From assembly GCA_051532055.1 (NCBI GenBank), contig JAOPTX010000054.1, positions 1 to 27,250 of the forward strand: DNA of 27,250 nt, in the 5' to 3' direction. This stretch comes from Fibrobacterales bacterium (GTDB lineage: Bacteria > Fibrobacterota > Fibrobacteria > Fibrobacterales > JAOPTW01). Both the position numbers and the translations under genes were made by a program. A model generated the notes under the pieces. That model had not been told where the DNA came from. It saw only the letters and a list, made by a program, of their open reading frames with translations, and searched no databases. Of the stretch, positions 8,637 to 18,200 are shown piece by piece; the first letter of the stretch is position 1, and the number at the start of each line of letters is the position of its first letter.

Positions 8637-8899
8637 GCTTGTCCCCCGGTACCATGTACAATCCAAAGATAATGGATTGTGATTATGATACATACGTCAT
8701 GTGATAGGTACCAATATATAACTTCTACTATCATTCTGCCGTGGAGTCCAGCTCTATTACTAACTTTTTACAAATGCGAACGGCCTGAGTACAGGATTAC
8801 CGTTGTACCTATAGCCTTCATTATTTAGGCATGGGGGGCTCCATATACAATTGATCGATTTTGTTGGTATCACTACAGTCCAACCCAGACTCCTTGTAA

Positions 8900-9838
8900 T
8901 TACAACAAAAATCTGCCAACCTCACTCTTCCATTCATCTTCAAAGCGCTTGACAAAGCGTTCGTGTTTAGCCCCTTTAAAAATCTTTAGAACTTTCTCAC
9001 CTTTTAGGTTTCCATAGATAGACTGCACACTTTTCATTGTTGCCTTTTTATCGGCATCACCATGCATAAGCAGAGTTGGTACGGAAATGAGCTTAGCATA
9101 CTCCATCGCATTGAGGTCAAAACCCCAGAAGTTGTTTTGAATACCACCCCACAGCACCAGAAGTTCTGAAAAACCAAAGGTCGGTGCGCCGAGTAATACA
9201 ACTCTATTTTTAATTGCTGACAAGAGTGAACCATAGGGGCATTCTAATATTAGTTTATCTGGAGTCACCCCTAAATGAGCAACCGCTCTCATAATAGCTA
9301 CTGCCCCCATAGACGGACCAAATAAGTGTATCTCTTTATCCTCAATTGTTTTTACATAATCAAAGGCATACTTCACATCATCTGCCTCGTAGTAGCCAAT
9401 GGTTGTGGTCATCCCTGAAGATAACCCTGAACCATGAAAATCTATAAGGAGTGTATTGTAACCATAATCATTAAAAATCTCTGCTTGTCGTATGAGATTT
9501 GATTTTTTCCCAATATACCCATGAAACATTAACACGGTGCCTTTAGAATTAGGTACTGCCATATACCAGCCATCCAATTCGTGATTATTTGAGGATAGAA
9601 TTTTTACCGTATGATACACACGCTTGGGTTCACTAAGAATTTTAGGCTTTGGTACCGTTACCCCGGTAAAAAGAGTCAGAGCCTTTTCTGACAAGGAAAG
9701 GTGCTCAGCCTTTTTGACGCTTCCTACGAGATCAGCTTCAAAATGAGTGAGCCTATAGGCATGATTAAAGATAATGATATTGGCGATGACTATCATTATC
9801 ACCACCGAAAGTCCCAGATATTTATTCCTGACATTCAT
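8900..9838 (-). CDS. Membrane-anchored alpha/beta fold hydrolase
   Basis: 312 aa; N-terminal hydrophobic segment. Motifs LMFHGY, IDFHGSGLS, nucleophile elbow GPSMG, PTLLMHGDAD and GAKHE give a putative Ser-Asp-His triad. Confidence 0.9.
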   Translation of the reverse strand: MNVRNKYLGLSVVIMIVIANIIIFNHAYRLTHFEADLVGSVKKAEHLSLSEKALTLFTGVTVPKPKILSEPKRVYHTVKILSSNNHELDGWYMAVPNSKGTVLMFHGYIGKKSNLIRQAEIFNDYGYNTLLIDFHGSGLSSGMTTTIGYYEADDVKYAFDYVKTIEDKEIHLFGPSMGAVAIMRAVAHLGVTPDKLILECPYGSLLSAIKNRVVLLGAPTFGFSELLVLWGGIQNNFWGFDLNAMEYAKLISVPTLLMHGDADKKATMKSVQSIYGNLKGEKVLKIFKGAKHERFVKRFEDEWKSEVGRFLL

Positions 9839-10088
9839 AACAATTCAAGTACTCCCTGCTCAGAGCTCTCTTATTAAAATACACTAATAGCGATGGCTCA
9901 TGACCATCGTATTCAATCTAGTGTACAAAAAGGATTAACTGATACAGGGAAGCTAAAATAACCCAATAACTTTTTGATGGGGTTGTCAGTTGTATATTAC
10001 TGCAATCCACTCTTGTTATTATACCATGAGGAAACTTGAATCTTCATGGTACCTTCAAAAAAGGTGATTTTCGAGGTCTTGGCCCCCA

Positions 10089-12380
10089 TTAATTCACACA
10101 TCCTTCAAAATCATTATTGTAGTCTCGTTTAATGAAATAATCAATAACTACTTGAGGCTGTCCATCTTTACAAAAGAGGTTCCCCTTTGATTCGAAGGTG
10201 AAAAATGATTCATCGATTTTCATTATACCGGCAGGAATAATACCACTGAAACTATTATTTACTAATTGAATCCGAGTGAGCTGACCAAGAGCCTCCAGTT
10301 CAACAGGGAGCGTCCCCTGGAAGTTGTTGTGTGCAAGGTTTAATTTACTCAGCATATTAAGATTACTAATGTCACTCGATAATTCCCCAGTTAATGCATT
10401 GTTTTCCATATCAAGATCACCTAACGATGTCAGGCTGTATAAAAAATGATCGAGCTTACCTTCAAAGGTATTTTCAGAAACATTAAGTTGTGTCAGTTTA
10501 GAAAGGTTACCAATTTCTGCAGGGATTTCGCCGCTAAAATTATTTTGAGCGAGTGATAACCGATTCAGCTTGGTTAGAGAACCGACACCTGGAGGGAGTG
10601 TTCCATAAAAAGAGTTTTCTGCAAGATTAAGCCATTCAAGATTAGCAAGTTTTCCAATATCAGTCGGCAGTGAGTCTTGTAATTTGTTTTCAGCAAGATT
10701 TAATATTTCCAGTTTACTCAGATCGGTAATTCTCTCCGGGAGAAGACCGGAGATTTCATTATCAGCTAAATTCAGTTCTACAAGGTTTTTCAAATCACCA
10801 ATTTCTTCTGGTAAACTTCCTGTTAACGACCCTTCTACTAAGGATATCTTGGTTATTGAATTGTTTTCAGTGTAAATATAGTTTTCGACCCATCTATTAT
10901 CCTCATCTGTGGTGGTTCTAAACCAGTTAAAACCATGGACACTATTTTTCCAATTCAACATATAGGATAGTTCGTGCAGCGCTCTAAACTCGGGTTCAGG
11001 AACACCAATCCATGCAATATAACCGGCAGAATCAAGACCAGAAGGCGGAAGGGTTACTTTTTTCACATTCGTGAAACAACTATTCCATGATAGAAAGGAC
11101 GATCGTAACAAATGAATAACGGCTGGAGACTGATCTTCTTTACAAAAATCATTTCCTCTAAGTTCCAGAGTAAGAGTATTTTTTCTATAGATCGCCTCAA
11201 CAGGAAACGTTCCGCCCATTTTGTTATCTGAAAGAGTCAGGCTTGTAAGACTTGGAAGAGTGGCTAAACTGACAGGCACATTCCCTGTAAACATATTATC
11301 TTCTAAATCAAGTCTTTTTAGTTTGGTCAGAGAACTCCAGTCTTCAAAAAGAGCTCCACTAAAATTATTACCCGACATACCTATCCACTCTATTTTCCTC
11401 AAACGAGTTATGTTAGCAGGTAGTTCACCCTCAAAGTTATTTGCAGATGCAAGTAATGTTGTTAATTCAGATAACGTATCTACTTCATCAAAAGAAATAT
11501 CAGAAAAATTATTTTCATGAATCTGAAGTGATGTCAGCTTAGGGAGTGACAATACTTCTAAAGGAACACTGCCTGATAGACTATTCTGTGCGACACTTAA
11601 CTGCACGAGATTAGTTAAGGAATGAAACTCAGCAGGAAGTGCACCGGTCAGCTTATTCATTGAGATATCAAGCTTGGTCAGTTGAGTAAGCATCGCCAAT
11701 TCTACGGGTATCGTACCAGAAAACTCATTATATACCAATTTGAGTGATTCCAACTTTTTCAACTTACATAGTTCAGACGGAATTGCACCGTTTTGTGCCG
11801 TTCCTGAAATAGACAACGTGACCAGATCGTTCAACATAAATACACTCTTGGGAAATACTTGGCCCACTACATCTCCACGTATTGATAAAGACTGAAGTTT
11901 AGAAAGGGCTGTTAGATCATTTGGAATGCGTCCAGCCATTGTAGGGGCAGTTAACGACAACCAACTTACATGTCCGTTACTCACCGATACACCTGGCCAC
12001 ATGTTAACAGTATCACTTTGTAACCACTGATACCGTTCATCCCAGTGAGCTCCATTGAGAGAAGTGTACATCGCTATTAAGGCATCATATTCATATTTGG
12101 GTATTCCATGTTTTGCTATATACTCATTATCTTCTTGAGTGAGCGGCCTGTCAGATTGCACCATAGGATCACACCCTGAAGTTATCTCTATATTCGAAAC
12201 AGTTGAAGGCGTAATTTGAGAAAGCCCCACTGATTCCCCACTAGAAAGAGCTGGTATGGCCTCTCCCTCTGTATGAGCGGGAGTAGAAACCTGGGTGCCA
12301 GATGTGGGTGATTCACTACATGCTGAACAGAGCATTAGTAAAAGAGTAAATACTGCATAGAAATGAAACGAATAGTTCAT
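10089..12380 (-). CDS. Leucine-rich-repeat lipoprotein, two capped blocks of 24-aa plant-type LRRs
   Basis: 763 aa; lipobox CSA-C; GAGGG upstream. Repeats follow LxxLxxLxLxxNxLxGxLP; N-cap EYDALIAMY...W...WPGV. Confidence 0.93.
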   Translation of the reverse strand: MNYSFHFYAVFTLLLMLCSACSESPTSGTQVSTPAHTEGEAIPALSSGESVGLSQITPSTVSNIEITSGCDPMVQSDRPLTQEDNEYIAKHGIPKYEYDALIAMYTSLNGAHWDERYQWLQSDTVNMWPGVSVSNGHVSWLSLTAPTMAGRIPNDLTALSKLQSLSIRGDVVGQVFPKSVFMLNDLVTLSISGTAQNGAIPSELCKLKKLESLKLVYNEFSGTIPVELAMLTQLTKLDISMNKLTGALPAEFHSLTNLVQLSVAQNSLSGSVPLEVLSLPKLTSLQIHENNFSDISFDEVDTLSELTTLLASANNFEGELPANITRLRKIEWIGMSGNNFSGALFEDWSSLTKLKRLDLEDNMFTGNVPVSLATLPSLTSLTLSDNKMGGTFPVEAIYRKNTLTLELRGNDFCKEDQSPAVIHLLRSSFLSWNSCFTNVKKVTLPPSGLDSAGYIAWIGVPEPEFRALHELSYMLNWKNSVHGFNWFRTTTDEDNRWVENYIYTENNSITKISLVEGSLTGSLPEEIGDLKNLVELNLADNEISGLLPERITDLSKLEILNLAENKLQDSLPTDIGKLANLEWLNLAENSFYGTLPPGVGSLTKLNRLSLAQNNFSGEIPAEIGNLSKLTQLNVSENTFEGKLDHFLYSLTSLGDLDMENNALTGELSSDISNLNMLSKLNLAHNNFQGTLPVELEALGQLTRIQLVNNSFSGIIPAGIMKIDESFFTFESKGNLFCKDGQPQVVIDYFIKRDYNNDFEGCVN

Positions 12381-12492
12381 AAGAGACCCTCAATTTTATT
12401 ATGAAAATAATGTAAAAATATAGTCATTACCAGACCATTTGGGATCATACAGCGAGCAATAATAAAACGGTGCTGGAGGTTTAAAAAAGGCT

Positions 12493-12651
12493 CTAATATT
12501 CAGATGATGAGTTCGAATCTTCAGAAGAACTAGAAGGGGCTTCTCTATCACATCCACAAGTTGTAGATTCGGAACCAAAGACACCCCCACTTCCACATCC
12601 AATAAATAGTGTCAGGCTAATAAATAATAATCCAATGAGTGTAACTCTCAT
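12493..12651 (-). CDS. 52-aa micro-lipoprotein (not in ORF track): MRVTLIGLLFISLTLFIGCGSGGVFGSESTTCGCDREAPSSSSEDSNSSSEY
   Basis: Translated by hand. AAAAAAGGA lies 5 nt before the ATG; basic N-terminus, hydrophobic core and lipobox FIG-C; paralogous to 19195-19338. Confidence 0.8.
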   Translation of the reverse strand: MRVTLIGLLFISLTLFIGCGSGGVFGSESTTCGCDREAPSSSSEDSNSSSEY

Positions 12652-12691
12652 ACCATTCCTTTTTTGATTAAGTCGCCATTTAAAGAGTAAC

Positions 12692-12769
12692 TTAATTGTT
12701 TATTAATAGTGAATCCGGAAAGGTTAAAGTGAGTAGTAATGAAATTACTATGGAAATAGATGTATTCAT
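12692..12769 (-). CDS. Possible 25-aa hydrophobic peptide MNTSISIVISLLLTLTFPDSLLINN
   Basis: Translated by hand. GGAG 5 nt before the ATG; co-oriented with the micro-lipoprotein and ending 40 nt upstream of it. No homology evidence. Confidence 0.35.
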   Translation of the reverse strand: MNTSISIVISLLLTLTFPDSLLINN

Positions 12770-12978
12770 GGGGGCTCCATTATGTTATTTACAGATATAA
12801 CGAATGATAATCCCCAATGTGATACTCGTGTCTTAAATTATGGTAAAAAGAGTGTTCCAATACTATTCTTAGCATAAAAGTTGAGTTCAGAAGAGACTCC
12901 ATAATAATACACAGTATTAAAACAACACAAATAGAGTACGCATTGGGAACACATAGTAGACGGAACCCAACACCAATA

Positions 12979-13008
12979 TTGACATCCATCATACCGATTC
13001 TGTATATT
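12979..13008 (+). promoter_or_regulatory. Candidate sigma70-type promoter for the 13042 gene
   Basis: TTGACA (12979-12984), 18-nt spacer, TATATT (13003-13008), ending 33 nt upstream of the ATG. Confidence 0.45.
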
Positions 13009-13041
13009 TCACTATAGAACCCTCAAGCACTGTGAAAATGT

Positions 13042-15030
13042 ATGAATAATTTGCTTTTGATTTGCCTAAATCTCTCTATTTGTCTCTATTTAGCCCTATT
13101 GACCAGCTGTAGTGAAGCTAATCCCGCTATGCCCGCGGAAGTATCGAGCCATGCTCAAGTAGCTGTACCTACTTCATCAGCAGTGACTATAAGCTCTTCT
13201 TCAGCCCAACTCTCATCATCATCTATTGCCCCCATTGCCAATCCATCCATGGAAACACTTATGCTGTATTACACCGATACGGTAACATCTACCAATGGTG
13301 ACTATTATTCTCGCTACTTCTATAAAATACCGTTAGATCTAGACTCGTATTTAAGGACTGGTGTACTCGATTCTGCAACCCATGCGAGTCATACTATCTG
13401 GTTAGAAAATAATGATTGTGATACCTATATGCGCTATTTTGAAACAATTGATGATCAAGGGTATGTTTACTGTCGACATGGTTCTTCTCGTGAGACCATG
13501 CCAACGGATTCAGGGATATATATCAGTGAAACAGAATGGCAATTCGGCTGTCGCTTAGGCGACTCAAAATATTTCACAGAATCTGATACTCTGTATACCC
13601 ACTATATCGGCCATCATAATGATTGTAGATCCGACTATACATCCAGCTCATTTAGAGTGTTGAATAATACTGATACAATCGAATACCAAGATTCAACCGG
13701 TTTAAAATGGAGTGTTGATGGTACCTTAAAAAAGGGATCCCGTAGTGCTATTGGCTTCTCTTGGGAAGTTGATTTACTCACTCAAGACACCATTACTCGT
13801 ACCCATTCTGCCATCGGTTCACTATCATGGACTACTCTCGATAGCATCAGAACGTTTGAATACCGGCTTGATAGCAATACCATTGAGTATTTTCACATTA
13901 ATCTATCAACCAATGACACAATACTCTATGAGAAGAAAGTAAATGGTGAGAAAGAGGGCGTATGTTATTACCAAAAATCAGAATTAGTGGCCCTCAATGC
14001 GTATATTTCTTTAACAGTGTATGAAACCTATGGATCAGGAGTGCTCAATGGTAGACGCTGGGCAACCAAAGTTAATAGAGAGTTTTATTTTGAAGAACAC
14101 TACATCGATGGCCTTTTCCATGGTGAAGTATGGTACTCTGCTCTTAACGGTGGTTATTGGAACAAAACACTATACACCTATGCTGCAGGCCTGAAAGAAG
14201 GTCCTTTTTTTAGAACACTCAATGGTGACACTCTTCTGTATGGTACTTTTCAAAATAACCAAAAGAATGGTACCTTTTATAAAAAAGAGGAAACACATCC
14301 AGGGTTTACCTATCAATACCTCACTCACTATACTGCAGATATAAAAGAAGGACCTGCATATGTGATGAATGCATTAGGTGACACCCTAAAGTATCAGCAC
14401 TACTCTAATGACACACTCCTGGCACCCGCAATACTACCGACAGAACAGTTTCCCACAATCAACAATCTTAAAATAACAAATCCTTCTAATGACACCATTA
14501 CCCAATGGAAATTTATTGATAGTACTTACACCTCTCAACAAATTAAAATCATAAGAAATGATTCCCTTTTTGCGTACACCTTTTCAGGCTCTATTTACGC
14601 GGCAGACTTCCGAAGGATTGTTGGCAAATCACTTATGATTGAAACAGGTGCCATTGGTGATATTGCTGTTATTGGAGCGATCAATCAATCTAGCCGCTAC
14701 AAAAGTACTGTGCTTGCCATTGATTACGATTCTCTTGATAGAATTGAACATATTTATTATCAACACTCCAGTTATTCTGACCCGAGCGCCCCTGTAGTCA
14801 ACAGTTTTGATGCAACAGTAAATAGTGATGGCGACGTTTCTAGAATGAATTTCCGAGCAAAAGATGGCAACTTTAATGAACATACTCTTTGTATTTCTGT
14901 AGCCACCTGTAGCACCCAAGATGCCCATTATTTGAATATTATTAGCGACGCCAAACAAATTCCATTTATTGATGTATCGACAATACCATTTAGTGGAGAA
15001 TGGAATAAGGTCGTTTCGTGGAAGCCATAG
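13042..15030 (+). CDS. Lipoprotein with MORN-variant (YwqK-like) repeats
   Basis: 662 aa; lipobox LTS-C and Ser-rich linker. Repeated units NGEKEGV, GVLNGRR, YIDGLFHGEV, YAAGLKEGPF, FQNNQKNGTF, YTADIKEGPA. Confidence 0.8.
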   Translation: MNNLLLICLNLSICLYLALLTSCSEANPAMPAEVSSHAQVAVPTSSAVTISSSSAQLSSSSIAPIANPSMETLMLYYTDTVTSTNGDYYSRYFYKIPLDLDSYLRTGVLDSATHASHTIWLENNDCDTYMRYFETIDDQGYVYCRHGSSRETMPTDSGIYISETEWQFGCRLGDSKYFTESDTLYTHYIGHHNDCRSDYTSSSFRVLNNTDTIEYQDSTGLKWSVDGTLKKGSRSAIGFSWEVDLLTQDTITRTHSAIGSLSWTTLDSIRTFEYRLDSNTIEYFHINLSTNDTILYEKKVNGEKEGVCYYQKSELVALNAYISLTVYETYGSGVLNGRRWATKVNREFYFEEHYIDGLFHGEVWYSALNGGYWNKTLYTYAAGLKEGPFFRTLNGDTLLYGTFQNNQKNGTFYKKEETHPGFTYQYLTHYTADIKEGPAYVMNALGDTLKYQHYSNDTLLAPAILPTEQFPTINNLKITNPSNDTITQWKFIDSTYTSQQIKIIRNDSLFAYTFSGSIYAADFRRIVGKSLMIETGAIGDIAVIGAINQSSRYKSTVLAIDYDSLDRIEHIYYQHSSYSDPSAPVVNSFDATVNSDGDVSRMNFRAKDGNFNEHTLCISVATCSTQDAHYLNIISDAKQIPFIDVSTIPFSGEWNKVVSWKP

Positions 15031-15257
15031 AATGTACACACTTACGGACCCGTAATATTACACATTTGTAATTGAGAGTGTTATGTGCCCTTTCCTCTCT
15101 CTATCGCTCAATCTGAAACCACTTTACTCGTGACCAGAGTACCGCCTCAGAGTGGATTAAAAGATCGAGGATCACTGAGTATCAGATATAGCTATTATTG
15201 TAATCCAAATGAAAACCCCTATTTACAGTAGAGTTACAATACTCAAAATGAGGACCC

Positions 15258-18200
15258 ATGCTCCATTTATCTAAACTTCATTTCAGTATGTTCGCCCTAA
15301 TGGCAACAACGCTTTTTAGTTACTACAATCCAGACCCTGATGATTGGGTCGATGGAACTGGTGGTACGGTCATGACCATTGCAGACTTGCAGTGGCTCTC
15401 TGATCACTCTGACGTATGGGATGAAGACTGGGTGCTTGGAGCTGATATTGACGCTGCCACCTCTGCTAGCTGGAACTCGAGTACAGGTATAGACCCAATA
15501 GGAAATGCGGGGACACATTTTACTGGGTCGTTTGATGGACAGGGGTTTACCATTTCAAATGTGACTATTGATCGAAGCGGCAAAGATACTCTTGGTTTTT
15601 TTGGGTATACTGATGGTGCTGCAATAACGAACCTTAATCTTAAGGATGTAATTATAACCGGAGACTATGTATTAGGTGGCCTTATTGGGTACAGTAATTA
15701 CTCTCAAATTGTGAATAATACGGTATCAGCAACTCTCACAGGAATAACGTCCGGAAACTATGGCAGAGTAGGTGGTTTGATTGGTTCGAGTAATTGGTCA
15801 ACAGTACGCTATAATAGAACCACAGGGACGGTTACGGGGAATCGTTATGTTGGTGGAGTCGCTGGCATAGCTAAGGAATCTACCGTTGAAATGAATTACT
15901 CATTAAGTATTGTAAGTGGAGTTCTATTTGCAGGAGGACTTTTAGGGTCGAGCGAAGGTACTGTGGTTCAAAACAATTTTTCGACCGGCGCCATTGTTGT
16001 TACAGATAGAGATGTTGGAGGGCTCATAGGGTATTGTACCAATTCCACCATTAATAAGAACTATGCCGCTGGAGAGGTTATCCATGCAGGAAGTAATTAT
16101 GGTGGCTTTATAGGAGAGAATGCTTCATCATCATCCGAAATTTCAGAAAACTATTACGACTCTGAAGGTGCGAATACTACAACGGGAGTGGGGTATGGTA
16201 ATGAAGTGGGTATGGTTTTTGGTAAAACAACTCTCGAGTTTGCTGCACAAAGTACTTTTGTAGATTGGGATTTTGATTCCGTTTGGGAGCTAGGGGTTAA
16301 TCCTGCTATTGATGCCCACACTCGCCCCTATTTCCAGACTCATAAAAAAGACTATTTTGTTTCGGTATATGCAATCACTAGTCTCGGAGGAACACTCCAG
16401 GGGGCCGGTTCACATAACAGTGGGGACATGGTTACTCTGACCGCTGTTCCAGATTATGGGTATCGATTTGTCGAGTGGAAAAAGAGTGGCGTGGTCGTAT
16501 CGACTGATAGTTCTTATACTTTTGCATTCACCGACTCTCACGATATTACCATTATGGGACTTTTTACAGAGGACCCGCAATTTGACGGCGGTGAGGGTAC
16601 TTCAAATAATCCATACCAGATATCGAGTATAATACAATTGAAAAAATTGAGCAATCTCCCAAATCTATGGGATAAGCATTTTGTATTAGTTGATGACATT
16701 GATGCATCTGAAACTGCGATTTGGGTAGATGATACTAATGCTGTGGTAGGTTTTCGCCCTATTGGTGAGCAAGACTACTCAATAAATGAGGTGAGAGTCC
16801 CCTTTACTGGAAGTTTTGATGGCGCAGGCCATGTAATAAAGGATCTATTTATAAGCCAGCCTAACAAACATGAAACTGGTTTTTTTGGTTATGTTGAAGG
16901 CGGAACTCTTATAAATATTGGTTTTGAAAATGCTCATATAACAGGTGGTTTTTATGTTGGTGGACTGGTTGGATTGATTAAAGACGGATCTATTCAGTCA
17001 AGCTACTCTACCGGTACGTTTGTTTCAGAGAGCGGGTATTCAGTAGGAGGACTCATTGGTACTGCCATAACTTCGACTATTACCGATTGTTACTCTGTGA
17101 GTACTGTCAGTGATGCAACCCGAACCGGAGGGTTTATCGGATTTAACTATGGCTCATCTCTTTCTAATAGTTATTCTGTAGGTCAGGTGAGCAGTATTGT
17201 TGCAAACTCTTTTGTAGGAAGTTTTGCCGGCATGAATTCTAGTTACCGTTCCCCTGGTGCTGATAATGCAATTATTACCTTTTCCTATGTGGATTCAATT
17301 ATTGAGAAGTCTTTAACCATTGCTTCACAAAATGAATCTGCAGATGTACGACAATTAACCACGGCAGAGTTTTTGGTGAACGATAGTTTTCCAAACTTTA
17401 ATTTTAACGACACTTGGCAAATAGGAACAATTGCAGATATCGATGGTGAAGCACGGCCCTATTTACAATGGCAACTCAATGGATATGATGTAGCGTTTAC
17501 CGTTGCAGAGTATGGGACTATTTTTGGGGCTACAACTCAAAATATTCAGGAAGGAAATGATGCCGGGAGTGTAACTGCAAGAGCGAATGAGGGATGTTAC
17601 TTTGTTCAATGGCTCGACAGTGATGGAGCGAATGTCACTTATGATACCACCCTCTCATTAACCAATATTCAAGAGTCAGCAACCTTCAGCGCTCAGTTTA
17701 ACACCACTTATAATAAGGTCACATTTTACGCCGATACACAGAGCTCTATTACAGGAATAGATAGCCAGCATGTTAATTATGGATCGGATGCCAGCCCCGT
17801 TGAGGCCACCCTGAACGAAGGATACGAGTTTGTTGCTTGGCTTGATAGTTCTGGTGCGGTCATTAGTGAAGATAATCCCGTTACGATCTCAACGGTAAAA
17901 GAGTATACGCGGTTGTATGCCTCAACTCAATTGATACATTCAACGGTGACTTTTGTGGCGGGAGACCATGGCTCTGTCGATGTAATAAGCATAACAAATA
18001 TTAGATATGGTGCAGGAACTGATAGTGTGACTGCCTCCCCCGAAACCGGATACCAGTTTGATGGGTGGTTTACTGACGGCTCAATCCTCCTTTCAAATGA
18101 AAATAAGTTTGCTTTTGAAAGTATCTTTTATGACTCAACCATTACTGCACTCTTTAGTATTAAACAATATACCATGCTCATTCAATCAGAAAGCAATGGA

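Noticed and set aside
8637..8693. Upstream start (MYHNH...) of the CBM lipoprotein
   Set aside because: The ATG at 8636 has an RBS and gives a canonical lipoprotein signal peptide.
12399..12602. 67-aa track ORF
   Set aside because: It overlaps, in a different frame, the better-supported micro-lipoprotein 12493-12651, which has an RBS, a lipobox and a paralogue.
12789..12992. 67-aa track ORF
   Set aside because: No clear RBS, atypical composition, and it overlaps the candidate promoter of the 13042 gene.
13042..15030. Toxin-antitoxin pair (YwqK-like repeats)
   Set aside because: No adjacent toxin gene is recognisable, and MORN-variant repeats are widespread in unrelated lipoproteins.
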